64,000 nt of DNA, taken from assembly GCA_963808235.1 (NCBI GenBank), contig CAWEEQ010000004.1:1152001-1216000 (forward strand), read 5' to 3'. Below are positions 21,649 through 31,281 of this stretch, in pieces; position 1 is the first letter of the stretch; each line of letters starts with the position of its first letter. A program made the translations under genes and the position numbers. The notes beneath the pieces are model-generated. The model ran no database searches. It was not told the DNA's origin and saw nothing but the letters and a program-made list of their open reading frames with translations. The DNA is from an uncultured delta proteobacterium. Lineage in GTDB: Bacteria; Desulfobacterota; Binatia; Binatales; Binataceae.

Positions 21649-22095
21649 ATGGTCAAGGCGGGAGAACCGGCGCCCGATTTCACTCTCTCGGCGCACAATA
21701 GCGAGCAGGTTTCTCTGAAAACTCTTCGCGGCGCCAAAGTGCTCTTGTGGTTCTTCGTCGAGGCCGGGACGCCGGGATGCACGCTCGAGGGACGCGGATT
21801 TCGCGACCATCAGTCGTACTTCGACGAAAGCAATATCAAGCTCGTCGGCGTGAGCTTCGACACGCCCGAGGCCAACGCCGCCTTCGCAGATAAGCACCAA
21901 TTCAAGTTCCCGCTGCTGAGCGATACCGATCATGCCGTCGCGATGGCCTACGGCGCGTGCGCGGGAACCGCGGCAAGATATCCCGACCGCGTGAGTTTTC
22001 TGATCGATGAGCGCGGCATGATCGAAAAAGTGTACGATCAGGTCGATCCGCGCGACCATCCCGCGCGCGTCCTCGCGGAAGTTCTTGACGTCTGA
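21649..22095 (+). CDS. bcp: peroxiredoxin, BCP/PrxQ family
   Basis: G.PAPDF.L, TPGCT, GVSFD, FPLLSD, R.SFLID. Confidence 0.88.
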   Translation: MVKAGEPAPDFTLSAHNSEQVSLKTLRGAKVLLWFFVEAGTPGCTLEGRGFRDHQSYFDESNIKLVGVSFDTPEANAAFADKHQFKFPLLSDTDHAVAMAYGACAGTAARYPDRVSFLIDERGMIEKVYDQVDPRDHPARVLAEVLDV

Positions 22096-22207
22096 TTCAA
22101 TCGCGCGACCGCCAGTCTTGTGGTAGCGGTCGCAGCCCGCAGATCCCACCCATTGGAGTCCGGGGCGGCACAATAGTGTCGTATCCTGATTACTCGACGG
22201 CATCGCA

Positions 22208-23551
22208 ATGCCGCATCAGCGGCCGCATCACGTCCGATGCTCAGTTGTGCCTAATACAGACAGCCGTTCAGTCAGTGTCCCGAATTGGCGACGGTGGCCC
22301 GTCACTTGCTCTCATTGTGGATTGTCGGTCGCTATTCGCGGGCCGAAAGCGAGAGCACTGTTGCAGCATCCCGACCCAAATTCGACCATCGCCGATCGCT
22401 TCGTGTCGACAACCGCTACAGTCGAGGACGGCGCAAATGGGAACGGGACTGACGCTGAGAGCGAGATGATCGGCTTGGACCGTCTTGCGCTCGGTTCGGA
22501 ACGGCTCGGAGGTATGGTCGTGCGGTCGGCGCAGGTGCGCAAGGTGCTCAAAGCGGTGTCGCGCCTCAGTCCCTACAAGGCGACCGTGCTGATTTCAGGC
22601 GAGTCGGGCACCGGCAAGGAACTGGTCGCGCGCGCGCTGCACACGCTCGGTCCGATGCCGGGTGGCCCATTCGTGACGTTCAATTGTTCCAACCTGGTCG
22701 AGTCGCTGGCGGAGTCGCAGTTGTTCGGCCACGTCCGCGGCGCGTTCACCGACGCTCGCGAGGAGTCGCAGGGTTATTTCAGATCGGCGAACGGGGGCAC
22801 GCTGTTCCTCGACGAGATCGCGGAACTGCCGCTCAAACTGCAACCCAAGCTGCTGCGCGCGGTCGAGACTCATGAGGTGCAGCCGGTCGGATCGTCGCAC
22901 AGCTACAAGGTAGACATACGGCTGGTGGCGGCGACCAATCGCGATTTGCGCGCGATGGTAAAGTCGGGGCAATTTCGCGATGACCTTTACTACCGGATGA
23001 ACACCGCGGCGATTTTCATCCCGCCGCTGCGCGAGCGCCGCGAGGCTATACCGGCGTTCATCGGTTATTTCATCCAGCATTACAACCGCCTGTTCGGCAA
23101 AGAGGTCCTGGAAATTTCACGGCGCGCGGTCGAAATCCTGTGCGCCTACCAGTGGCCCGGCAATGTCCGCGAGCTTGCGCATGCGATCGAGAGCGCGGTC
23201 ATCCTGAGCGAGAATGCCAAGCTCGGCGTTGCCGATCTTCCCGAGCAGATTGTCGACGGAACCGGCGCGGAACTGCTTTACCCGCAGGAAGAGTCATCGC
23301 CCCGCAACAGCCATGCGAGCGACCGAGCCGCACATCATCCAGCGGCGATAACGCTGGGCGACGAGCCACCCGAATTGCTGCTCGACGACGTGATCAAAAA
23401 GACCCTGGTCCGCTCGCTCGAAGAGACCGAGGGCAATCGCCGCCGCGCCGCCGATTTGCTCGGCGTGTCGCGCTCGACACTTTACCGGATGCTGACCCGC
23501 TACGGTCTGGCCGAGAATCCGCGCCGCATCGCCGGCGAGCACCGCATCTGA
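22208..23551 (+). CDS. sigma54-dependent transcriptional activator (AAA+ and Fis HTH, no receiver domain)
   Basis: GESGTGKE, ESQLFGH.RGAFTDA, LFLDEI, FRDDLYYR, WPGNVREL, C-terminal HTH; true start may be downstream (e.g. TTG 22361). Confidence 0.92.
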   Translation: MPHQRPHHVRCSVVPNTDSRSVSVPNWRRWPVTCSHCGLSVAIRGPKARALLQHPDPNSTIADRFVSTTATVEDGANGNGTDAESEMIGLDRLALGSERLGGMVVRSAQVRKVLKAVSRLSPYKATVLISGESGTGKELVARALHTLGPMPGGPFVTFNCSNLVESLAESQLFGHVRGAFTDAREESQGYFRSANGGTLFLDEIAELPLKLQPKLLRAVETHEVQPVGSSHSYKVDIRLVAATNRDLRAMVKSGQFRDDLYYRMNTAAIFIPPLRERREAIPAFIGYFIQHYNRLFGKEVLEISRRAVEILCAYQWPGNVRELAHAIESAVILSENAKLGVADLPEQIVDGTGAELLYPQEESSPRNSHASDRAAHHPAAITLGDEPPELLLDDVIKKTLVRSLEETEGNRRRAADLLGVSRSTLYRMLTRYGLAENPRRIAGEHRI

Positions 23552-23615
23552 TCCTCGCCGCTCTTCGCCCTCACCGGTGGAAAATCGCGCGCAGTTCGAT
23601 AAGAATTCCATCTTG

Positions 23616-23915
23616 ATGCGCCCGGGCCTGAAATTGCTGATCGCGATCGTCGCGCTTGGTACGACGACTGCTCAGTCCGATCGGGTATTTGCAGGTTCGC
23701 CGCCGCCGGATCTGGTCAAGCTCGAGCGGCAGGTCTCGCTCGAACTCGCGCACGTGCGCGACAATGGCCCAACCGACGACACCAGGCGCCGCCAGCTCTT
23801 CGAAGCGAAGCAACTCGAGCAAAAGGGCGAGGACGCGATCAAATCAGGCGACTACAAATCCGCCGAAGACAGCCTACTGCACGCGCGCGTGCTCCTGCGC
23901 CAACTCACCGACTGA
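23616..23915 (+). CDS. small exported helical hypothetical protein
   Basis: Signal-peptide-like N-terminus, coding-like composition. Confidence 0.6.
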   Translation: MRPGLKLLIAIVALGTTTAQSDRVFAGSPPPDLVKLERQVSLELAHVRDNGPTDDTRRRQLFEAKQLEQKGEDAIKSGDYKSAEDSLLHARVLLRQLTD

Positions 23916-23987
23916 CGCGGCGTCTCCGAACCGGAGACGCATTCATCGGGGCATCGGGTTCTGGTAAGTTCTAACTACGGCTCTGCG

Positions 23988-25142
23988 ATGAATGGCCCCG
24001 ATCAAATCTGGTCCGAAGCTTTGCGCACGCTAGAGCGCGGACGTTCGTTTGCACTGGCAACGGTTGTAAATGTTCGCGGTTCTACGCCACGCGAGGTCGG
24101 CGCGAAGATGATCGTTCGCGAAGACGGTCAGTTCGGCACAATCGGCGGGGGATGCGGCGAGGCGGAAGTTTTCCGTAAAGCTCGAGTACTACTTGAAGAA
24201 GGCGGCGCGTCGCGCCTGGCCGAGGTCGATCTGACCGGCGACTTCGATCAGCGCGAGATCGGCACCTGCGGCGGAATCATGGATGTCTTCGTCGATCTAT
24301 GGTCTCCCGCGCGAGATCTTGCGGTTGCGCGCCAGTTGGCTGACGCCGCGGTGCGCAGTGCGCCGGCGGCGCTTCTGACGCTTGTCGATCCGGGTTCGCG
24401 AGCCGAGATGCCGGCGGGAACGCGCGCGTTTATTGATCCCAAAGAGGCAGGCGCGGCAGGCGCCGCAACATTTGATCTGCCCGCGGCAACGCTCGCGCAG
24501 ATTGTCGCGCGCACCGCCGATGCGATTCCGGCGTTGCTCGAGGTCGATGGCAACGGGGCGCTGAAACCGATCACCCGTGTGGAAGCGAGCGGCAGCGCGC
24601 GTCTGTTCGTCGATCCAATCATCGGTGCGCAGCGGCTGATAATCGTCGGCGCCGGGCATATCGCCGTGCCGTTAAGTGCGCTCGGCGCGATGCTTGGGTT
24701 TCGCGTGACGGTGATCGACGATCGTGCGTCGTTCGCGAATCGGGAGCGGTTTCCCACCGCCGACGAGATAATTGTGAAACCGTTCAAAGCCGCGATTGAA
24801 TCGCTCGGCCTGGACGGTCACTGCTACCTGGTTTCAGTCACGCGCGGCCACGCGTTCGACGAAGAAGTGGTGCGCGCGGCGCTGATGCAACCATGCGGAT
24901 TTGTCGGAATGATCGGCTCGCGCCGTCGGGTCAAGGCGACGCTCGAGAGAATCGGAGCGACTGGAGTGCCGGCCGAGCGACTGAACGATGTCCATGCGCC
25001 GCTCGGCGTCGCGATCGGCGGAGAGACGCCCGAGGAGATCGCGATCTCGATAATCGCCGAGATTATCCGTGAGCGCCGCACTTCGGCCCGCGACGAGTTC
25101 ACGCTCGGTGTCCGGTTCGGTCGCCTCAAAAGCTCGAAATAG
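23988..25142 (+). CDS. xdhC: XdhC/CoxI family molybdoenzyme maturation factor
   Basis: GSTPR.VGAKM, GTIGGGC.E, CGG.M.V, GAGHIA, TRGH..D, GMIGSRRR, ETPEEIAISI. Confidence 0.92.
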   Translation: MNGPDQIWSEALRTLERGRSFALATVVNVRGSTPREVGAKMIVREDGQFGTIGGGCGEAEVFRKARVLLEEGGASRLAEVDLTGDFDQREIGTCGGIMDVFVDLWSPARDLAVARQLADAAVRSAPAALLTLVDPGSRAEMPAGTRAFIDPKEAGAAGAATFDLPAATLAQIVARTADAIPALLEVDGNGALKPITRVEASGSARLFVDPIIGAQRLIIVGAGHIAVPLSALGAMLGFRVTVIDDRASFANRERFPTADEIIVKPFKAAIESLGLDGHCYLVSVTRGHAFDEEVVRAALMQPCGFVGMIGSRRRVKATLERIGATGVPAERLNDVHAPLGVAIGGETPEEIAISIIAEIIRERRTSARDEFTLGVRFGRLKSSK

Positions 25143-25145
25143 GCA

Positions 25146-25751
25146 ATGGCTAGCCGGGTAGAGGGGATAATTCTGGCGGCGGGCGAATCGCGGCGGATGG
25201 GATATCCGAAGCCGCTTCTTTCGATCGACGGGCAAACTTTTATCGAAAAGATCGTGGCGACGATGCTCGCCGTCGTGCCGAGGCTGGTGATCGTGCTGGG
25301 TGCGTATGCCAATCGAATCCGGCCCGTGATTCCACACGACCGTCGGATCGAGATCGTCGAGAATCCGAACTATTCGCGCGGGCAGCTTTCGTCGTTGAAG
25401 ATTGGACTTGGCGCTGTTCAAAAGGACTCCGCCGGTGTGATCGTGCATCTCGGCGACCATCCGATGGTGCGGGTCGAATCGTTTCGTGCGATTGTCGAGT
25501 CGTATGGTCGCACTGCCGGGCCAATTGTGATCGCGCGTAACGCAGGCCGGCGCGGCCATCCGGTACTTTTCGATCGGTCTGTGTTCGCCGAGCTTCAGAG
25601 CGCCCCAGAGAGCCAGGGTGCGCGATCAGTCGTGAACGCCGACAATTCGCGCGTGCAGTATATTGACCTGGACGACCCGGGAATCAATCTGGATCTGGAC
25701 ACGCCCGCCGATCTGGCGCGCGCGGGCCTGCCACCGCCTCCGAGAACTTAA
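25146..25751 (+). CDS. mocA: molybdenum cofactor cytidylyltransferase-like nucleotidyltransferase
   Basis: ILAAGESRRMG.PK, GD.P, GHPVLF, DLDTP.D; follows xdhC. Confidence 0.85.
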   Translation: MASRVEGIILAAGESRRMGYPKPLLSIDGQTFIEKIVATMLAVVPRLVIVLGAYANRIRPVIPHDRRIEIVENPNYSRGQLSSLKIGLGAVQKDSAGVIVHLGDHPMVRVESFRAIVESYGRTAGPIVIARNAGRRGHPVLFDRSVFAELQSAPESQGARSVVNADNSRVQYIDLDDPGINLDLDTPADLARAGLPPPPRT

Positions 25752-25806
25752 AGGGTTTGATTAAGAAATGAGGCTCCGAAAAGGCGGAAATCGGGTCGAA
25801 AATTGT

Positions 25807-25831
25807 GTAACCGTTAGGACGACAATGCGTA
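25807..25831 (+). promoter_or_regulatory. ECF sigma promoter GTAACCG-N14-CGTA (probably autoregulatory)
   Basis: AAC-N16-CGT ECF pattern directly upstream of the ECF gene; same motif at 51822-51846. Confidence 0.7.
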
Positions 25832-25844
25832 TTAATAAACAGTT

Positions 25845-26480
25845 ATGTTGGGCCTGTCGGCGAAAAGAAGGGCAGGGTGGCGATTGACCGACAAACCCGA
25901 CGAGGAACTGATAGCAGAAGTCCTTGCCGGGCAGACTGATTCCTTCAGCGAGCTTGCAGGACGACATCGCCAGCGCGTCGAGCGGCTTTGCCGGCGTTTT
26001 TTCTCCGACGAGGAGATGGCGCGTGATATCGCGCAGGAGAGTTTCATCCGCGCCTTCACCGCGCTCGCGACTTATCGCGCGGAGATGCCTTTTGGCGGAT
26101 GGCTGCGCGCGATCGTGGTGAATCTCTGTTACGACGAGCTGCGCCGGCGGCGGCGACGGCCCGAGGAGTTGGTCGGTGATTTCAGCGCACCGGAAGTACA
26201 ATGGATGCAGTTGGTAAACGGTGCGACACCCGAGCAACTTGTTGGCGAAGCGGAAGAGCGGCGCGAATCGTACGACCTGGCGCATCGCCTGCTCGACACG
26301 CTCAAGCCTGAGGATCGAATGGTAATGGTCTTAAAAGAAAGCGAAGAACTGAGCGTCAGCGAAATCGCGGAGACGCTCGGATGGAGTGAAGCAAAAGTAA
26401 AAATCCGCGCGTTTCGCGCGCGGCAGGCGCTTCGCAAACAGGCGGAGCGGATGCTGGCGGCGTCGGGACGCACGAGGTAA
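25845..26480 (+). CDS. ECF (sigma-70 family) RNA polymerase sigma factor
   Basis: DIAQESFIRA, F.GWL..I..N region 2; SVSEIAETLGWSEAKVK region 4; alternative start TTG 25884. Confidence 0.92.
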   Translation: MLGLSAKRRAGWRLTDKPDEELIAEVLAGQTDSFSELAGRHRQRVERLCRRFFSDEEMARDIAQESFIRAFTALATYRAEMPFGGWLRAIVVNLCYDELRRRRRRPEELVGDFSAPEVQWMQLVNGATPEQLVGEAEERRESYDLAHRLLDTLKPEDRMVMVLKESEELSVSEIAETLGWSEAKVKIRAFRARQALRKQAERMLAASGRTR

Positions 26481-26485
26481 AAATC

Positions 26486-26944
26486 ATGAACTGTTTTGAA
26501 TCACGGCAAGAGTTTCCGGCCCTGTGGCGCAAGCGTGCGACGGTTGAGCGTCGGGCGGAGATATTGGCTCATCTGAACGGCTGCGCGAAGTGCGATCACG
26601 CGTTTCGGGTCTTCGCGTTGACGGCGCCGGTGCTGCATTCGGAATCCGAGCCGCACCAGGCGGCGCGCGCGTCGGCAGCGCCGCGGCGCGAGTTCTCACT
26701 GGGCGATCGTCCGCGGCGATTCGCGTCGATCTCGCGTGAAGCGCCGACTCCGCAGCGTTGGATCGCGATGTCAGCGGCAGCGGCCATATTCGTTTTCGCG
26801 AGCAGCGTGGCTTTTTACTCGGTAGACGTACCCCGCCAAACGCTTGGTGACGAACTGACGCCCGAGGCGAGTGCCAATTACGAGGCCGCCTCCGATCCGC
26901 TGGCGCCGGAAATGCCCACGACAGAGAGCGACTTTGCCAGCTAG
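26486..26944 (+). CDS. ZAS-type anti-sigma factor
   Basis: MNC..., HLNGCAKC (HxxxCxxC) plus one TM helix; follows the ECF gene. Confidence 0.85.
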   Translation: MNCFESRQEFPALWRKRATVERRAEILAHLNGCAKCDHAFRVFALTAPVLHSESEPHQAARASAAPRREFSLGDRPRRFASISREAPTPQRWIAMSAAAAIFVFASSVAFYSVDVPRQTLGDELTPEASANYEAASDPLAPEMPTTESDFAS

Positions 26945-27371
26945 ATCGAATCTCTGGCTCGGACTCCTGGTCGGCGTTTCGGGCTTGCTAATCGGTTTCG
27001 CCGTTAGCACGCTGGCGTACCGCTATCGGATTCTGCGGGTACCCGGACCATCGATCATGGAGCGGATGAGCCGCGATCTGCAATTGACCCCGGCGCAGCG
27101 CGATCGAGTCAGCGATATATTCCGCGATTCGCGATTCAAAGTGCGGGAGGCGCACCTCGAATTCCAGCATCATCGCCATGAGTTGTTCTGGCAGGCGCTC
27201 TCGCAGGTTCGCCAGGCGCTTACGCCAGAGCAGCAGAAGTTATTTGATCGCGATTTCGCGCGGCCATGGGCCGAGCACGGCGCCGGCGACCATGAGCACG
27301 GTAGCGGTGACCATGAGCACGGGATGGCTGACGATTTCGCGGAGCCGATGCAGAGTCCGTCGCCGAAGTAA
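26934..27371 (+). CDS. periplasmic LTxxQ (Spy/CpxP/ZraP-like) protein with His-rich tail
   Basis: N-terminal TM, LTPAQ and LTPEQ motifs, GDHEHG twice; TTG start overlapping the anti-sigma end. Confidence 0.75.
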   Translation: MPARSNLWLGLLVGVSGLLIGFAVSTLAYRYRILRVPGPSIMERMSRDLQLTPAQRDRVSDIFRDSRFKVREAHLEFQHHRHELFWQALSQVRQALTPEQQKLFDRDFARPWAEHGAGDHEHGSGDHEHGMADDFAEPMQSPSPK

Positions 27372-27383
27372 CGATACGCGCCG

Positions 27384-27950
27384 CTAGAGCGCGCCCATCT
27401 GCTTCAGAGTTTTTTCCGCTTCCGCCGAGATAGAAGGATTTTTCACGCTGTCGGCTAGCGCAATTCGTAGAAACTTGAGGGCGTCGTCGTGCTGGCCGCT
27501 CTGGGCGAGAAGTTCTCCAATTCGCAGAGCGGCAAAAGAATTCGTGGGATCGATCTCGTACGCCTTGCGGTAGTAGACCAGTGCATCGTCGATCCTGGGC
27601 GGCGAATACGACATGTACGCCTCGCCGATATTCAGATAGGCGCTGATCTGCTTGGGCTGATACTTGATCAGTTTCTGATAAACTTTTATCACGTCGTCAT
27701 GATCGGAACGCGAGTCGTAGTAGAGGCCAAGATAAACGTAAGCGTCGCCAAACGTGGGGTCGATTTCCGTCGCCTGCCAGAGCAGCTTTACCGCCGCGTT
27801 ACTGTCGGTCATTTTGATTGCGGCCTCGACGAGCGAGCGCGCCTTGGCGGTGTTGGAGTCCTGGGCCCGCGCGGAAGCCGGCAAGACCGCCAGCGCGAGC
27901 ATCAGGAAAGCAACTAGTGATAGCGGTTTCAGCCGGGTTCGATCTCGCAT
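27384..27950 (-). CDS. exported TPR protein
   Basis: Signal peptide ASARA|Q followed by TPRs. Confidence 0.82.
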   Translation of the reverse strand: MRDRTRLKPLSLVAFLMLALAVLPASARAQDSNTAKARSLVEAAIKMTDSNAAVKLLWQATEIDPTFGDAYVYLGLYYDSRSDHDDVIKVYQKLIKYQPKQISAYLNIGEAYMSYSPPRIDDALVYYRKAYEIDPTNSFAALRIGELLAQSGQHDDALKFLRIALADSVKNPSISAEAEKTLKQMGAL

Positions 27951-28073
27951 GGCGTCGGGTCGCGCACAACAGCTAATAGAATGGTGGCATGAAAGGACCG
28001 CGCTGCAAAGGTACTAGCCGCGCGCGCAGGAGGGCATGACTTCCGCGCCTGACGAAGGCGAGCCGAGCGAGTT

Positions 28074-28889
28074 ATGAAGGAGCATCGTTTCAAGGCCAAC
28101 GGACTCGAGCTCAACTGCCTCGACTATGGCGGCGAAGGCAAGCGCGCGATGCTATTCATTCACGGCGGTTCCGCGCACGCGCATTGGTGGGACTTTGTCG
28201 CACCGGCGTTCTGCGGAGATTTCCATGTGCTTGCACTCGATCAACGCGGTCATGGCGAGAGCGAATGGGCTGCGGATTGGGAATATGGCTCGCGGCATTA
28301 CGTGTCGGACCTCGACCAGGTGATCGACGGATGGGGCTTTGGCGCGCCGATCCTGGTCGGCCACTCGATGGGTGCGCATAACGTGCTGGCATATGCGGCT
28401 CAGCACAGTGAGAAGCTGCGCGCCATGGTCGTGATCGACAGCCCGGCTGATTACTCGGAGTATGCGGTAGAGTTTTTGCGGAGCTATGCGGAGAAACCGC
28501 CGCGGCGCTTCGAATCGCTCGAGCAGGCGACCCGCAACTTCAAGGTGTTGCCGCGCGAGACGCTGGCGAAAAAAGAAATTCTAGATCACGTCGCGCATCA
28601 CACCTACAAACGCCTCGCCGATGGTGCGTGGACGCATAAGCTCGATCGACGCACCCTTATTCGCGAGCCCTCGCGCGTGTGGGATTCGCTGCATCGCATC
28701 GCGTGCCCGTCGCTGGTCGTGAAGATCGCGAAGAGTCCGGTGCTCGATCGTGAGGCGGCAAAAAAGATGGTCGCGGCGCTGCCCAACGGCCGCCTCGCAG
28801 TGCTGGACGACTCCTATCATCACGCGATGCTGGATAATCCGGCGGGATTGATCGCGGTCATTCGTGACTTCGTAAAAGATCTGAAATGA
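28074..28889 (+). CDS. alpha/beta hydrolase
   Basis: HGG, DQRGHG.S, GHSMG nucleophile elbow, C-terminal His. Confidence 0.9.
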   Translation: MKEHRFKANGLELNCLDYGGEGKRAMLFIHGGSAHAHWWDFVAPAFCGDFHVLALDQRGHGESEWAADWEYGSRHYVSDLDQVIDGWGFGAPILVGHSMGAHNVLAYAAQHSEKLRAMVVIDSPADYSEYAVEFLRSYAEKPPRRFESLEQATRNFKVLPRETLAKKEILDHVAHHTYKRLADGAWTHKLDRRTLIREPSRVWDSLHRIACPSLVVKIAKSPVLDREAAKKMVAALPNGRLAVLDDSYHHAMLDNPAGLIAVIRDFVKDLK

Positions 28890-29716
28890 CGGCGCCGCAT
28901 AGTCATCTCCTCGAGGGCTCGCCGCGCCTGCATTACCTGGAATGGAATCCCAATGCCGAGCAGACGATCGTGCTGCTGCATGGCAACTCCGCGAATGCAT
29001 GGTGGTGGGATCCTGTGGCGGGTGCGGCCAGCACAAAATTTCGGCTGCTCGCGCTCGATCAACGCGGGCATGGCGATAGCGAATGGGTGAGGCCGCCGTC
29101 GTACTCGCCACTAGACTACGCGCGCGATCTTGCGAGGTTCGTCGAGCATGTAAGCGCCGGCCGGCAGAAGCCGGTGGTGGTCGGTCACAGCATGGGCGGG
29201 CTCAACGTGCTCGCGTTTGCGCTCCAAAGTCCCGAAGCTGCTCGCGGGGTGTTGGCGATCGACATCGCGATCACGTCGAGTCGTGGGCGCGATCGTTATC
29301 TTAGGCGACTCAAGGCGCTGCCGCTTGTGACCTATCCCGATCTCGACACGGCGAAGGCTCGTTTTCGCCTGATGCCGGATGAAGGCGGAATCGCGATCGG
29401 GATATTGCACGAGATCGCGGAAAAAAGCCTCGCGCGAACTGAAGAAGGGCGATGGACGCTCAAGTTCGATCGCGAGAGCTTTCTGGGCGGCGATGGGCTC
29501 GCGGTGCTGGACACGATCAAGGAGATTCGGATTCCGATGATGCTGGTGCGCGCGGAGCGGAGCAGAATCATGACGGTGGAAGGATTGGAGAGTGCGCGGG
29601 TCGCGAATCCGCAGCTCCGCGCAATTACGATTCCCGACGCGCATCATCACGTACTGCTGGAGAAGCCCGAGGAGGTTGCACGCGCGATCGAAACGTTCGC
29701 GGCGAGCCTCGACTAG
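28886..29716 (+). CDS. alpha/beta hydrolase (tandem paralog)
   Basis: LLHG, DQRGHGDS, GHSMGG, AHHH; ATGA-coupled to the previous gene. Confidence 0.9.
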   Translation: MTAPHSHLLEGSPRLHYLEWNPNAEQTIVLLHGNSANAWWWDPVAGAASTKFRLLALDQRGHGDSEWVRPPSYSPLDYARDLARFVEHVSAGRQKPVVVGHSMGGLNVLAFALQSPEAARGVLAIDIAITSSRGRDRYLRRLKALPLVTYPDLDTAKARFRLMPDEGGIAIGILHEIAEKSLARTEEGRWTLKFDRESFLGGDGLAVLDTIKEIRIPMMLVRAERSRIMTVEGLESARVANPQLRAITIPDAHHHVLLEKPEEVARAIETFAASLD

Positions 29717-30147
29717 AAAACTTTTTCCATTTGGCGATGCGCGATGCCGGCTTCCTCGAAAACGCCGCCGACCCGCGTGAAGCCTTCTTTCAAGTAAAAT
29801 CCTTCAGCTGAAACTTGCGCATGCAAGATGGCTTTTCGCGACCCGCGCGACTGCGCCCGATCGATCAGAAAGCGAAGGATATCGCGGCCGACTCCGGTCC
29901 CGCGATATTCTGGCAGCACGGCCATGCGGCCGATCTTTACTTCATCGCCGTGGTCGAGCATCCGGCCGCATCCGATCGCGGCGCCGTCCATAGTCGCGAG
30001 CGCATGGAACGCGCGCGCATCGTCGTCGTCGAGCTCGATCTCTTCGGGAACACGCTGCTCTTCGATGAAGACGCGGCGCCGGATCGCATAGGCGCGCGCC
30101 ATGTCGGCGGGCGATTCGATCGCGATCACTTTCACCTGGCGAGCCAC
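29713..30147 (-). CDS. GNAT N-acetyltransferase (ElaA/YjcF-like)
   Basis: IR..VF..EQ, KIGRMAVL.EYRG.GVG, LHAQ, F.EAGI.H..M. Confidence 0.88.
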   Translation of the reverse strand: MARQVKVIAIESPADMARAYAIRRRVFIEEQRVPEEIELDDDDARAFHALATMDGAAIGCGRMLDHGDEVKIGRMAVLPEYRGTGVGRDILRFLIDRAQSRGSRKAILHAQVSAEGFYLKEGFTRVGGVFEEAGIAHRQMEKVF

Positions 30148-30268
30148 GTAACTTTCAGTAGCGTGCGAATCGTGAAGCGTCAAATGCGCTTATGGCTGAA
30201 AGCGAGGCTTATGCTACGCTCCGCGCAAGGGGGCGCGATTGGATCCGGAGTTGGCGCGGGAGACATTG

Positions 30269-31249
30269 ATGCCGCAAATTTCCGAAACGATATTGGCGCC
30301 CGAACTCGAAGGCGGGCAATGGATTCAGCACGGCCCGGTCGCGCTCAAGGATTTGCGCGACAAGGCGGTCGTGCTGGTCGATTTCTGGGACTACACCTGC
30401 GTCAATTGCATCCGCACGTTACCTTACGTGGTGGGATGGAATCGCAGGTACGCCGGGTCGGGTCTGGTGATCGTCGGCGTGCATGCGCCCGAATTTTCGT
30501 TCGCGCGCGAGGGTTCTCATGTCGCGGAGGCGGCGGCGCGTTTTGGCCTCGAATACCCAATCGTGCTGGATAACGAATACGCAATCTGGCGCGCGTACTC
30601 GAATCGATTCTGGCCGGCTAAGTACCTGATCGATTCCAAGGGACGAATCCGCTACTACCATTTCGGCGAGGGCGCCTACCAGGAAAGCGAAGTAGCTATT
30701 CAGGGATTGCTGCGCGAACTGAATCCCAATGTGAGTTTGCCGCCGCCAATGGAACCGGTGCGCGACACCGATCGTCCCGGCGCGGTCTGTTATCGCGTTA
30801 CGCCGGAGCTATATCTCGGACACGCGCGCGGACAATTCGGAAATCCTGAAGGCATCGCGCGAGACAAGCCGCATGACTATCGCGATATCGGGCCGCACAT
30901 GGAGGGCATGAGTTATCTTGCCGGGCGATGGCGCGTCGAGCAGGAAGCGGCACGCGCCGAGGCAGTGGGTGCGGCGATTTCGCTCAAGTACACGTCGAAG
31001 GACGTCAACCTCGTGATGGCCCCGCCGGCGGGTGTGAGCGTTCGCTTGGAGATCGTGCTCGACGGCGCGCAGCGTGCCGGCGACGACGTCAAGTTTGACC
31101 GCGAGCGCGGCTTCATCAATGTCGATCGGCCCAGGATGTATAGCTTGGTCGCTAACGATTCGGTCGTTTCGGGAGCGGTTACGCTGAAGGCGGAGCAGGC
31201 CGGCGTTTCGCTGTACGCGTTCACATTTATCTCCTGCACCGTCACGTAG
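30269..31249 (+). CDS. redoxin with DipZ-like C-terminal domain
   Basis: DFWDYTCVNC, GVHAPEF, WPAKYLID, HFGEG.Y, TPELYLG, YAFTF; no CcdA TM domain. Confidence 0.85.
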   Translation: MPQISETILAPELEGGQWIQHGPVALKDLRDKAVVLVDFWDYTCVNCIRTLPYVVGWNRRYAGSGLVIVGVHAPEFSFAREGSHVAEAAARFGLEYPIVLDNEYAIWRAYSNRFWPAKYLIDSKGRIRYYHFGEGAYQESEVAIQGLLRELNPNVSLPPPMEPVRDTDRPGAVCYRVTPELYLGHARGQFGNPEGIARDKPHDYRDIGPHMEGMSYLAGRWRVEQEAARAEAVGAAISLKYTSKDVNLVMAPPAGVSVRLEIVLDGAQRAGDDVKFDRERGFINVDRPRMYSLVANDSVVSGAVTLKAEQAGVSLYAFTFISCTVT

Positions 31250-31281
31250 CGTGCCGATTGCGCGTGGAGGGCGAATTCACG

